This document shows positions 15,551 to 24,316 of a stretch of DNA of 64,000 bases, piece after piece (within the stretch, counting starts at the first letter, position 1; each line of letters opens with the position of its first letter). The translations under genes and the position numbers were made by a program. The notes under the pieces are model-generated. The model searched no databases. It saw only the letters and a list, made by a program, of their open reading frames with translations, and was not told the origin of the DNA. The DNA is from Escherichia coli (GTDB lineage: Bacteria; Pseudomonadota; Gammaproteobacteria; Enterobacterales; Enterobacteriaceae): NCBI RefSeq assembly GCF_011045215.1, contig NZ_CP049201.1; one strand, written 5' to 3'.

Positions 15551-16444
15551 TTACCAGCGACCGGACGCGCCGCCACCGCCAGAAGAACCGCCCCCGCCGC
15601 TAAATCCGCCGCCACTTGAGCCTCCACCGGAAGAGGGTGAAGAAGAACCTTTTCTTGAAGCTCTTTCTTTACTGAGTTTTTTGTATTTGGCGCGTAGCTT
15701 TTTATTGACGATAAGCCAAAAAATAACCAGTGGTACGATCGCAAAAGGCGTTAACATACCGCAGGCAACGATTAAATTGGTCCATGGTCCTGGCTCGGCA
15801 ACATAGAGGAATACCATCCCGTAAATGGCGCCAGTGAGAGTGATCCAGGGTAAATTCGACGGATCGGTAAAAACAATAAAATATGAAAGTACCGCCAGCA
15901 ATATAATTACAGCAAGCGATAATGGAATAGGGGGATTGATACTGTAATAATCCCCCCTGTCTTCCGGTAATTCACCATTCAACAGAAGCGCGCCGATATT
16001 TTCGCTTGCCAGTGTTAATCCACCCATCAGGTCATCACTTTTGAAGGCAGGGATCAATATATCCCTGATAATTTTCGCCGCTTGCAGGTCGGTAACCACC
16101 CCTTCCAGCCCGTAGCCAACCTCAATACGAACAGCATGATCCTCCCAGGCAACCAGAAGTAAAATACCATCGTTTCTCTGCTTATCTCCCAGTTTCCAGC
16201 TATCAAAAACGCGTGTTGCATATTGTTCAATGGAATCGTCTCCGGTGGACGGCACTACTAATACAGCGACCTGCGCCCGTGTTTTATGTGTAATATCCTG
16301 CAGTTGCTGTGTCAGTGATTGTTGTTCAGAAGTGCTTAACGTACCAGTAATATCGGTCACCTGTTGGCGCAGTTCCGGCACAGCAATTTGCTGGGCAAGC
16401 CCAGGAAGGCACCACAAAGTGAATAGAATAAAGATTAAGCGCAT
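15551..16444 (-). CDS. ygcG: TPM-domain protein (YgcG family), paralog 1
   Basis: ATG at 16444 (track's 16456 is TTG); signal peptide MRLIFILFTLWCLPGLA; TPM domain; TM segment; Gly-rich tail ending GGGGASGRW. Assigned ygcG because it is eno-adjacent; the K-12 ortholog could instead be paralog 3. Confidence 0.75.
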   Translation of the reverse strand: MRLIFILFTLWCLPGLAQQIAVPELRQQVTDITGTLSTSEQQSLTQQLQDITHKTRAQVAVLVVPSTGDDSIEQYATRVFDSWKLGDKQRNDGILLLVAWEDHAVRIEVGYGLEGVVTDLQAAKIIRDILIPAFKSDDLMGGLTLASENIGALLLNGELPEDRGDYYSINPPIPLSLAVIILLAVLSYFIVFTDPSNLPWITLTGAIYGMVFLYVAEPGPWTNLIVACGMLTPFAIVPLVIFWLIVNKKLRAKYKKLSKERASRKGSSSPSSGGGSSGGGFSGGGGSSGGGGASGRW

Positions 16445-16449
16445 TACGA

Positions 16450-17598
16450 TCACCAACGGCCGGATGAACCGCCGCCTCCTGAAGAACCGCCACCACCGCG
16501 GAAAGAATTTCTCGACGAAGAGCGAGAGTGAGCATTACGATTCCCCGTTTTCCTGTTGCTTTTTTCTCCTGACCCCAGCTTAAGATTGCCAGTAAATTTG
16601 GCCACAATGATCAGCAGAACGATGCCAGCAATGGTTATTGGGCCGATAAAATGATCAATTAACCCAATAATTGTTGAGATGAATGCAATATCTTTATTAC
16701 TGGCGAACACCAGGCACCATCCCACAATAATTATCAGCATCACGACAAACAATGAATTTCGTCCTGATTCACGAACCTGCGGAGTCTTCTTTTGTTTTTT
16801 CACTTTAGAGTTTTTATTTTTTGGGGTCAGCATCATAGGAAATACGCGGCACATATTAAAAACTACCGCGAGACGCTGCTTGCAGGTTGTTGCTAACAAT
16901 AAACTAAAACAAACGACCGATACCCGCCGAATGATGACATCGTCCTGAAAGGAGAAAAACCAGACCATAGGGGTAATCATCGATATCATCCATATGCCAC
17001 GCCGTGGGCGGCTGGCAAATCGCCAGAGGACAACGATGGCAACGATCATCAGCAGTGTCCAGGCAAGACATGGCAGCGAACGTTGCGGATTAGCAAACAG
17101 ATGATTGGCTAAAGCATCCAAAGGGCTAAGGTTCGCTTTGATATGGGTAAACTGTGCGATGCTTTCAATTCCGCCCGTTAATCCAGCAAAGAGATTGTTT
17201 TTTTCGAATTCTGGCTGCATATGGTAACGAACAATTTGCGCAGCTTGTTCCGGCGGCAACATCTCTTCCAGTCCATGTCCAATCTTCATTGACGCCAGCC
17301 CTTCCGGCCATACGACGAGAATTAAGATACCTTCGCCATATCGCTTCTCTCCAACGGGTTTCCAGTGATATACCCCGTATCTCTGCGAGGCTGCAAGTTT
17401 AATGTTTTTGCCCCCTGTGGTCGGCGTAACCAACACGGCCACCTGGAAGTGGTTTTGCTGCTCGAGAGTCTGTAATTGTTGAGTTAAAGCAGTTTGTTCT
17501 TCTGTCGTTAATGTCCCGGTTAAGTCAGTTACTGAAGGCCATTGTTCAGCGAATACCTGAAAACCGCATAGCATCAGAAGTAAGAGAAAAATACGCAT
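16450..17598 (-). CDS. TPM-domain membrane protein, paralog 2 (divergent, extended multi-TM region)
   Basis: 382-aa ORF; signal peptide; TPM-like N-domain; long hydrophobic segments with a Lys-rich patch; tail GGGGSSGGGGSSGRW. Stop is 5 nt from the paralog 1 start. Confidence 0.7.
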   Translation of the reverse strand: MRIFLLLLMLCGFQVFAEQWPSVTDLTGTLTTEEQTALTQQLQTLEQQNHFQVAVLVTPTTGGKNIKLAASQRYGVYHWKPVGEKRYGEGILILVVWPEGLASMKIGHGLEEMLPPEQAAQIVRYHMQPEFEKNNLFAGLTGGIESIAQFTHIKANLSPLDALANHLFANPQRSLPCLAWTLLMIVAIVVLWRFASRPRRGIWMISMITPMVWFFSFQDDVIIRRVSVVCFSLLLATTCKQRLAVVFNMCRVFPMMLTPKNKNSKVKKQKKTPQVRESGRNSLFVVMLIIIVGWCLVFASNKDIAFISTIIGLIDHFIGPITIAGIVLLIIVAKFTGNLKLGSGEKSNRKTGNRNAHSRSSSRNSFRGGGGSSGGGGSSGRW

Positions 17599-17612
17599 AT
17601 CAATTCCTTTTG

Positions 17613-18506
17613 TTACCAGCGCCCGGAAGCGCCACCGCCACCAGATGAACCGCCACCACCGCTGAAATTGTCATTGTTGAATGAAGAGGATGACGATGAT
17701 GAATAGTGGGAGGAAGAATTGCTTCTTGTATGGCGTGATGGCTGGTTGACATCACGCATCAAATCCCGAACTTTTTTGCCGAAGGGGGTAAAAGCGATGG
17801 CGACAGCCAGGAACGGTGTGGCGAAGCAGAGTAATGTTGCGAGTACTCCCCAGCTTCCGCTGAAGCCTGCTATAGGTAAAACAAAGGCCAGTACAATAGC
17901 TGCGAAGCAAATTACTCCCAGCGTTTTGATATATCCTCTGGCAGAAATAAACGTCAGTACTATCGCCCAGACTAACAATGCCCACCAACCGCTAAAGGGC
18001 AAAGGGTGATCGGTCGGTGTTATCGTTGCTAAATTATTCCCCGTAAGACGACTTTCAATATCGCTGATCCCCTTTTGTAAACCGCCAGCCAGGTCGCCTT
18101 TTTTAAATGCAGGAATAATACTGTTGCGAATAATTTTCCCGGACTGTGCATCCGTAATAATACCTTCCAGCCCGTAACCGATTTCAATACGCACGGTATG
18201 ATCCTGCCAGGCGACTAACAGTAGAACGCCATCATCACGGTCTTTATCACCCGGTTTCCAGCTATCGAATACCCGCGTTGCGTACTGCTCGATGGTTTCA
18301 TCGCCTGTTGTATCAACCACTAACACGACCAACTGTGCGTGGTTTTTTTGCGTCAGGGCTTTAATCTGGTTGGTCAGGGTGTTTACTTCGCTGTTTGTTA
18401 ATGTGCCGGTTAAGTCATTCACATACTTGGGGGATTCAGGTACTGGAATTTGTGTGGCAAACACAGATGAACAGAAGAAAGCCATAAGGAAGATAAAATT
18501 TCGCAT
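17613..18506 (-). CDS. TPM-domain protein (YgcG family), paralog 3
   Basis: ATG at 18506 preferred (signal peptide MRNFIFLMAFFCSSVFA; avoids overlap with lemA); the TPM domain is near-identical in stretches to paralog 1; tail GGGGSSGGGGASGRW. Confidence 0.75.
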   Translation of the reverse strand: MRNFIFLMAFFCSSVFATQIPVPESPKYVNDLTGTLTNSEVNTLTNQIKALTQKNHAQLVVLVVDTTGDETIEQYATRVFDSWKPGDKDRDDGVLLLVAWQDHTVRIEIGYGLEGIITDAQSGKIIRNSIIPAFKKGDLAGGLQKGISDIESRLTGNNLATITPTDHPLPFSGWWALLVWAIVLTFISARGYIKTLGVICFAAIVLAFVLPIAGFSGSWGVLATLLCFATPFLAVAIAFTPFGKKVRDLMRDVNQPSRHTRSNSSSHYSSSSSSSFNNDNFSGGGGSSGGGGASGRW

Positions 18507-18519
18507 AGAACTTCCCCGC

Positions 18520-19122
18520 TTAATGAGCATTAGCATTCTGGCTAAAATCTATTGTTGGGGCTTTACTTACTGCGGTGACATCATCCGGCAAATAATTTTT
18601 CTTTGGTGTGTAATCCATGACCTTTGCGGTTAATACAGCGGGGAATTTGCGGATAGTGACATTATATTGTTCAATGGCTTTAATATATCTTCCTCGCGCA
18701 ACGGCAATTCTATTTTCACTTCCTTCGAGATGTACCATTAAGTTTTGATAGAGCTCTTGAGCCTTTAACTCAGGGTAACGCTCACTAATTATCGTTAACT
18801 GACCGAGAGTGCGAGTCACCTGCGCCTGGGCCTGTTGCCAGGCTTGTAATTTTTGTGCATCTCCGGGAGCTTGCTGAAGATCGCTGCTGGCGCGATTAGC
18901 CTGGCTACGAGCCAATGTTACGGCTTCCAAAACGTCTTTTTCATGGCTGGAATAACCTTTAATACTGGCGACAAGATTAGGAATAAGATCGGCGCGACGT
19001 TGATATTGATTCAATACCTCAGACCAGGAGGCGTTAACCTGCTCATCATAGGTTTGAATATCGTTATATCCACAGCCTGATAAATTGAAAATAAATATAA
19101 TTACGATGAATATTCTGAGCAT
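18520..19122 (-). CDS. lemA: LemA-family protein (probable lipoprotein)
   Basis: 200-aa ORF with lipobox-like N-terminus (IFNLSGCGYN) and LemA-like helical body; first gene of the lemA-TPM-TPM-TPM operon. Confidence 0.75.
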   Translation of the reverse strand: MLRIFIVIIFIFNLSGCGYNDIQTYDEQVNASWSEVLNQYQRRADLIPNLVASIKGYSSHEKDVLEAVTLARSQANRASSDLQQAPGDAQKLQAWQQAQAQVTRTLGQLTIISERYPELKAQELYQNLMVHLEGSENRIAVARGRYIKAIEQYNVTIRKFPAVLTAKVMDYTPKKNYLPDDVTAVSKAPTIDFSQNANAH

Positions 19123-19294
19123 GTTTAAATCCCTTTTAATTAATTCCTTAAAACATAATACTCTGCTTCATTTTATTCTTTATGATCTAATCCACTTTTT
19201 GCCATAAACCTGCCTGTAACAGAATGTTAATAAGACATGATTGTTGTGGCAGGATCTGCAATAATTAACAATTATCCACTTCACAGAGAATGCT

Positions 19295-19966
19295 ATGCAG
19301 TACCCGATTAACGAGATGTTCCAGACCCTGCAAGGTGAGGGTTACTTTACCGGCGTCCCCGCCATTTTTATTCGTTTACAGGGATGCCCGGTTGGCTGTG
19401 CCTGGTGCGACACCAAACACACCTGGGAAAAGCTTGAGGATCGGGAAGTCTCCCTTTTCAGCATTCTGGCGAAGACCAAAGAGAGTGATAAGTGGGGGGC
19501 GGCGAGCAGTGAAGATTTGCTGGCTGTCATTGGTCGCCAGGGATACACCGCGCGGCATGTGGTGATTACGGGTGGTGAGCCTTGCATTCATGATTTGCTA
19601 CCACTGACAGATCTGCTCGAAAAGAACGGTTTTAGCTGCCAGATCGAAACCAGTGGTACTCATGAGGTACGCTGCACACCGAATACCTGGGTTACCGTAT
19701 CACCAAAGCTGAACATGCGCGGCGGCTATGAAGTGTTGTCACAGGCACTGGAGCGAGCCAACGAAATCAAGCATCCAGTGGGACGCGTACGTGATATTGA
19801 AGCACTGGATGAACTTTTGGCGACGCTGACCGATGATAAACCGCGAGTCATTGCACTGCAGCCGATTAGCCAAAAGGATGATGCCACACGTTTGTGCATT
19901 GAAACCTGCATTGCGCGTAATTGGCGTTTGTCGATGCAAACCCATAAATATTTAAATATTGCCTGA
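19295..19966 (+). CDS. queE: 7-carboxy-7-deazaguanine synthase QueE (radical SAM)
   Basis: 223-aa ORF MQYPINEMFQTLQGEGYFTGVPAIFIRLQGCPVGCAWCDTK...; CxxxCxxC-type cluster. Confidence 0.92.
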   Translation: MQYPINEMFQTLQGEGYFTGVPAIFIRLQGCPVGCAWCDTKHTWEKLEDREVSLFSILAKTKESDKWGAASSEDLLAVIGRQGYTARHVVITGGEPCIHDLLPLTDLLEKNGFSCQIETSGTHEVRCTPNTWVTVSPKLNMRGGYEVLSQALERANEIKHPVGRVRDIEALDELLATLTDDKPRVIALQPISQKDDATRLCIETCIARNWRLSMQTHKYLNIA

Positions 19967-20304
19967 TTAAACATTTATAAGCGTTATAAATGGGTGGAAC
20001 CTGTAAAGACTTCTACTCATTTATATTCTTTGTCGTCTCTGAAAAACCTCCATTTTGCCCATCCTGAATTAATCATTATCATTCTCTACAAATTCTGTGG
20101 CGTTAATTTTTCGCTGGAGTGAAAATTATTGCGGTAAAGTTTGGTAGATTTTAGTTTGTATAGAGTTATTTTAAATATTTACCTTTTTAATCAATGGGTT
20201 AAGTGCTCTTTAACATGATGGATGTGTTTTTTGTGTGATACTGTAAAGTTGGTAGATTGTGACTGGCTTATAAAATCATTAATTAATAATAGGTTATGTT
20301 TAGA
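19967..20304 (+). promoter_or_regulatory. AT-rich CRISPR leader of the queE-proximal array
   Basis: Very AT-rich non-coding stretch immediately upstream of the first repeat; the degenerate repeat is at the far end of the array. Confidence 0.5.
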
Positions 20305-20577
20305 GAGTTCCCCGCGCCAGCGGGGATAAACCGTCGTCGAGAATCAGCACGAATGCCGCAACTGCGAGTTCCCCGCGCCAGCGGGGATAAACCGTGTGTA
20401 CGTCAGGCCCGTACCAGCATACCCCTGAGTTCCCCGCGCCAGCGGGGATAAACCGCCTACTCTCCTATTGCAGCAATTGCTGCGTCAGTGTTCCCCGCGC
20501 CAGCGGGGATAAACCGGGTACAAAAGAGGCCCCATTCTGGCAGGGCTCGAGTTCCCCGCGCCAGTGGGGATAAACCA
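20305..20577 (+). CRISPR. CRISPR array, type I-E repeats, 5 repeats / 4 spacers
   Basis: 29-bp repeat GAGTTCCCCGCGCCAGCGGGGATAAACCG at 20305, 20366, 20427, 20488 (GTG variant), 20549 (degenerate terminal). 32-bp spacers: tcgtcgagaatcagcacgaatgccgcaactgc; tgtgtacgtcaggcccgtaccagcatacccct; cctactctcctattgcagcaattgctgcgtca; ggtacaaaagaggccccattctggcagggctc. Confidence 0.97.
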
Positions 20578-21046
20578 CCATATAACCCGTTATCTCTTTC
20601 TCAAGTTTTTATATTAGCTGTACTTGTAATAAGCAACATATCCACGTAACACCTCATGTTCAAAATAGTTCCCCATGCTAGATAAGTTCACAATTATCGA
20701 TACAAAAAATTAAATTTAATCAAAGTGTTATTTGTATAATTCTTAAGCCGTTAAGAAATTTTAATCTATTATTTTTTTAATATTAATTAATGCCTGTTAA
20801 TTTTTTCTTTAGTATAACAGTGTATTTTTTAAGCTTGTTATTCATTGATTAAGTAATAAATCTGGAAATTTGTCTTTGTTTTGAGGCTAATGAGTGGTTT
20901 TACATAACCGCCTCTATACGCTGTTGATGAATAGTTCTTATGAATAAAGATATCCAGTTCATACTTTAAGTGAAAATTGATAAAGTGCGATTCGTATTGT
21001 CTTTTATTCTAAAGACATCGAGTGTAGTTAATATTCCTTGTAAAAA

Positions 21047-21168
21047 CAGGGATAAACCGAACTAGTTAAAGTTTTTATTATGTTCCCTGCATCAGCGGGG
21101 ATAAACCGGACTTGTTATCATTTTTTAAGTTGTCGAACTTATGTTCCCCGCGCCAGCGGGGATAACCA
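21047..21168 (+). CRISPR. degenerate CRISPR remnant (one partial and two mutated repeats)
   Basis: cagggataaaccg (21047-21059); atgttccctgcatcagcggggataaaccg (21080-21108); atgttccccgcgccagcggggataacca (21141-21168); one 32-bp and one 20-bp spacer-like segment; abuts the ygcE 3' end. Confidence 0.8.
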
Positions 21169-21214
21169 TTCAGGTATGTTCAGGCCGGGCAGTTTCCCGC
21201 CCGGTCTTCCTCAC

Positions 21215-22693
21215 TTACGCATTCGACCAGCTCTGGATCGAATCCGCATTTCCCAATTCCCCATGCATCACTTCATACGATTTTTTCAGAATCACATCAG
21301 TATGTTTGGTTAGGTCTTTGAAAATGCCTTTATTCATCGCGTCGTAGCGTTTGGCATTGCTCTCAATCGGTATAAAGATATCTTTCACGCGAACCATTTT
21401 ATCGACAGCCGTTGCGTAATCCGGGTATAGCCCCAGACCTACCGCGGTATTAATCGCTGCCCCCAGACTTGCACAACCGTTAATGGCGTTACGGCGTGCC
21501 GGAAGGTTGAACACGTCGGCAAAAATTTGCATAAACAGATCGCTGTTCGAACCGCCGCCAGTAATGATCACATGCTTTGCAAAGTGATTCATTTCATTAC
21601 ACATATTGTCGTAATTGTTCTTCAGCGTCAGCGCCACGCTTTCCAGTATCGAACGATATATCCATGCGTAATCCATGCTGGAATCAAAGCCGATCATAAT
21701 CCCACGTTTGTAGGGTTCCCACGGGTTGGTCAGCCAGTCCAGCACCGTCATCAGACCATTACAGCCAGGCGGCACACAAGAAGCTTTTTTGTTGAGCAAA
21801 TCTTCCGGTGAAAGATCCTGTGCTTTGGCATCCTGAATTAACGACTCGCCTAACATGTCGCGCAGCCAGCTCACCGTCCACATGCCTTTGCGAATACCGT
21901 AACCTTCATACAGCAATGTTTGCGGAATAGAAGACATAATCGGCCAGTACGCCACCGGATCTTTCGGCAAGGCTTTGCCATTCATCATCAGCGCGATATA
22001 AGTACCGAGTGAAATCACCGCCGTTTCATCATCCAGTAATCCGGCCCCCAGAGCTTCTACCGGTTTATCACTGGTGGTACAAACAACCGGCAGCCCTGCC
22101 GGGAAATGTGTCGCCAGCGCGGCTTGAGGTGTGATCTGTCCAAGAACAGTGCCTGGCATTTGCACATCAAACAGCATATGACGGGGGATATTAAACTTCT
22201 CCATGACTGCGGCATCTTCACTCCATGCCCAGCTCTTATAATCCACCGGCCACTGACCAAAATAGTTGGCGATATTGTCTTTAAACTCGCCGGTTAAGCG
22301 ATGCGTCAGATAACCCGAAAAAGAGGTGACATATGCCACGTCAGGATTAGTGTGTTCGTAGGGACGCGTTACGCGTGCATCCTGCCAGCTAATCAATGGC
22401 GCAGCTGGCGTGCCATCGGCTTTCAATAACGCACGGCAGCAACGGATGGATCCCAGACCAATACCGACAATATCTTCTTTATTCCCGGCAAACTGACTCA
22501 TCAAATCGTGACCGGCAAAACATAATGATGCCCATAAATCGTCGTCAGGATGTTCTGCAGTATCGGCATCTGGCGTGTGCATCGGCTGCAATAAGCCTTT
22601 ACCTTCGCAAACCACATTACCTTCCAGATCGTACATCACCACTTTTGTGCTCTGACTTCCGCCATCAATCCCTATGATGTATTTTTTCGACAT
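21215..22693 (-). CDS. ygcE: FGGY-family carbohydrate kinase
   Basis: 492-aa ORF with MSKKYIIGIDGGSQSTKVVMYD N-terminus typical of FGGY kinases. Confidence 0.85.
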   Translation of the reverse strand: MSKKYIIGIDGGSQSTKVVMYDLEGNVVCEGKGLLQPMHTPDADTAEHPDDDLWASLCFAGHDLMSQFAGNKEDIVGIGLGSIRCCRALLKADGTPAAPLISWQDARVTRPYEHTNPDVAYVTSFSGYLTHRLTGEFKDNIANYFGQWPVDYKSWAWSEDAAVMEKFNIPRHMLFDVQMPGTVLGQITPQAALATHFPAGLPVVCTTSDKPVEALGAGLLDDETAVISLGTYIALMMNGKALPKDPVAYWPIMSSIPQTLLYEGYGIRKGMWTVSWLRDMLGESLIQDAKAQDLSPEDLLNKKASCVPPGCNGLMTVLDWLTNPWEPYKRGIMIGFDSSMDYAWIYRSILESVALTLKNNYDNMCNEMNHFAKHVIITGGGSNSDLFMQIFADVFNLPARRNAINGCASLGAAINTAVGLGLYPDYATAVDKMVRVKDIFIPIESNAKRYDAMNKGIFKDLTKHTDVILKKSYEVMHGELGNADSIQSWSNA

Positions 22694-22719
22694 GATTTTT
22701 CTCCTGTAATTTTCCTGGC

Positions 22720-23997
22720 TTACTTGCTGCTAGCCATTGCGGGGGCGCTATCAGCAGTACGAATTTTTTGGAACAGCAAAAAGGTAAAGACAATCACCAT
22801 GGCAAGCGCCGCCATGCCCATCAGCCACATATTGCGGTAGGCTTCTGCTGCGGGCAGGGTGTCTTGCCAGTGGCCGATAATTGGGTAAACGAAGACATCC
22901 GGCAGGAATCCTATCACCGAACAAATACCTACCGTGGTGCCCATAATGTAAGACGGTGTTCTCGCTTCGCCAGGGCAGGCCCAGTACAGCCCGCGTGAGG
23001 CGTAACATGTGAATCCCAGCAGTAAAATCAGGCCAATCCCCATCGCGACCGATTGCGGGTTAGAGTTCGTGACGAGCAGGGCAGTTAACGCCAGCAGGCC
23101 GAGTACGGAAAGGATTTGGATCACGCGGGTAGGGGATTTCACTTTGCTGTAGGTGGTGATTATGCCGCCAAGTGGGCCGCACAGCGCGCGGAAGATTTTG
23201 TTGATCACAATCCCCATGTAGCTCGCCGCCACCAGCGACATGCCGTACATTTCGGTCAGATAGTTGGTGGAGTAACTCAGAATGGCGTAGATGGTGAAGA
23301 CACCAAAAATCACCATGCTGCAATACCAGGTGGTACTGATACGCAAAACGGCCAGGATATCGCTAAGCTGGAATGACTGTTTTTCTTCGTTATTGGCACT
23401 GCGCAGGTTGTTGTTATCGCTAACAAAAAACCAGCACAGAAGCCCCAACAAGATGTAAACCACACTGTAGATGATAATGACCGTTTTCAGGCTGGCGCTG
23501 TCATCCGGTGCAAAGCGAGAAAAGACCCACATGGTAAACACCGCCAGCGACATTACACCGACGCCGCGCAGCCCTTCCATCCAGCCCATAATTTTCCCTT
23601 GCTCGCTATGATCGCCAAGCAACGATGCGGCTTTAATCGACACCGACCACAGCATTAAAATCGTTGTTATCGCAAAGGCGACCTGAATACAGAGCATTAC
23701 CCACAGCGGTGGATACGTTGCCATTAACAGACCCAGTAATCCGGTAATGATCATCGCGGAAGTAATCATTTTGCGGTGTGAAAATTTATCGGCAATAACG
23801 CCGCTGGGGGCATAAAGAATAATAGCCGCAATACCAAAGGTACTCATTATTAAACCTATCTCGGTATTGCTGAATCCCATAAATTTCGCCATGGGAATTT
23901 GATAAATATAACGTAAATAAGCCAGGTCGAAACTAACGCCGCCGCTAAAACTAATTATCGCGAGGGTTATCCAACGGCGATATGAGTTGTGTTGCAT
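22720..23997 (-). CDS. yqcE: MFS transporter
   Basis: 425-aa multi-TM ORF; position between ygcE and ygcW. Confidence 0.85.
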   Translation of the reverse strand: MQHNSYRRWITLAIISFSGGVSFDLAYLRYIYQIPMAKFMGFSNTEIGLIMSTFGIAAIILYAPSGVIADKFSHRKMITSAMIITGLLGLLMATYPPLWVMLCIQVAFAITTILMLWSVSIKAASLLGDHSEQGKIMGWMEGLRGVGVMSLAVFTMWVFSRFAPDDSASLKTVIIIYSVVYILLGLLCWFFVSDNNNLRSANNEEKQSFQLSDILAVLRISTTWYCSMVIFGVFTIYAILSYSTNYLTEMYGMSLVAASYMGIVINKIFRALCGPLGGIITTYSKVKSPTRVIQILSVLGLLALTALLVTNSNPQSVAMGIGLILLLGFTCYASRGLYWACPGEARTPSYIMGTTVGICSVIGFLPDVFVYPIIGHWQDTLPAAEAYRNMWLMGMAALAMVIVFTFLLFQKIRTADSAPAMASSK

Positions 23998-24021
23998 ATC
24001 GTATTCCCATTTGTAATAGAC

Positions 24022-24069
24022 AAAAAAAAGAGAAAAGTAAGCCGCCCTTTCAGGTGGATTACTTTTCTC
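24022..24069 (-). terminator. leader hairpin plus U-run just upstream of the yqcE start (candidate attenuator)
   Basis: Minus-strand RNA reads GAGAAAAGUAA - 18-nt loop - UUACUUUUCUC - UUUUUUUU, ending about 25 nt before the yqcE ATG. Confidence 0.45.
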
Positions 24070-24172
24070 AGGTCTCTAGTAATTGAAATAATAAATAACA
24101 TGGAAAGCAGAGGTGTTGTGTGAGAGTAATCACGCTTCTGCTTTTTAAAACTATTTGATAATGCGAATATCA

Positions 24173-24194
24173 CACTGTGATTACGATCACATTA
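24173..24194. promoter_or_regulatory. CRP-binding site, perfect consensus core
   Basis: TGTGA-ttacga-TCACA at 24176-24191, central in the yqcE/ygcW divergent region. Confidence 0.6.
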
Positions 24195-24243
24195 GCAGTT
24201 ATGTCCTTATGCTAAAAATTATCTCCAGTTACCAGAGATAATG

Positions 24244-24292
24244 AGAAAGGTAACTTCCCTCTCGCGGGGGAAGTTACCTTTCTTTTTTTTTT
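24244..24292 (+). terminator. strong intrinsic terminator in the ygcW leader (candidate attenuator)
   Basis: 16-bp perfect stem agaaaggtaacttccc / gggaagttacctttct, 7-nt loop, 9-10 T run; ends 25 nt before the ygcW ATG; no upstream plus-strand gene to terminate. Confidence 0.6.
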
Positions 24293-24316
24293 GCCTTACG
24301 GAAATTGGAGCTAACT

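Noticed and set aside
15546-15806. Proline-rich 86-aa plus-strand ORF (PPPPEEPPPP...), and the analogous ORF at 16230-16583
   Set aside because: These are antisense translations of the GGC/GGT-rich codons of the Gly-rich C-terminal tails of the TPM genes; the minus-strand genes have signal peptides and domain structure.
19967-21046. Possible small protein genes in the AT-rich regions flanking the queE-proximal array
   Set aside because: No ORF of meaningful length or with an RBS was found; the composition and position fit CRISPR leader sequence.
21080-21347. Plus-strand ORFs 21080-21313 and 21141-21347 overlapping the degenerate repeats and the ygcE 3' end
   Set aside because: They start inside decayed CRISPR repeats and run antisense into ygcE; no RBS or coding signature.
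24104-24146. Weak hairpin plus TTTTT (aagcagagg ... cttctgc ttttt) in the yqcE/ygcW intergenic region
   Set aside because: Only about 7 bp of stem including a G-U pair and a 21-nt loop; much weaker than the two flanking leader terminators.
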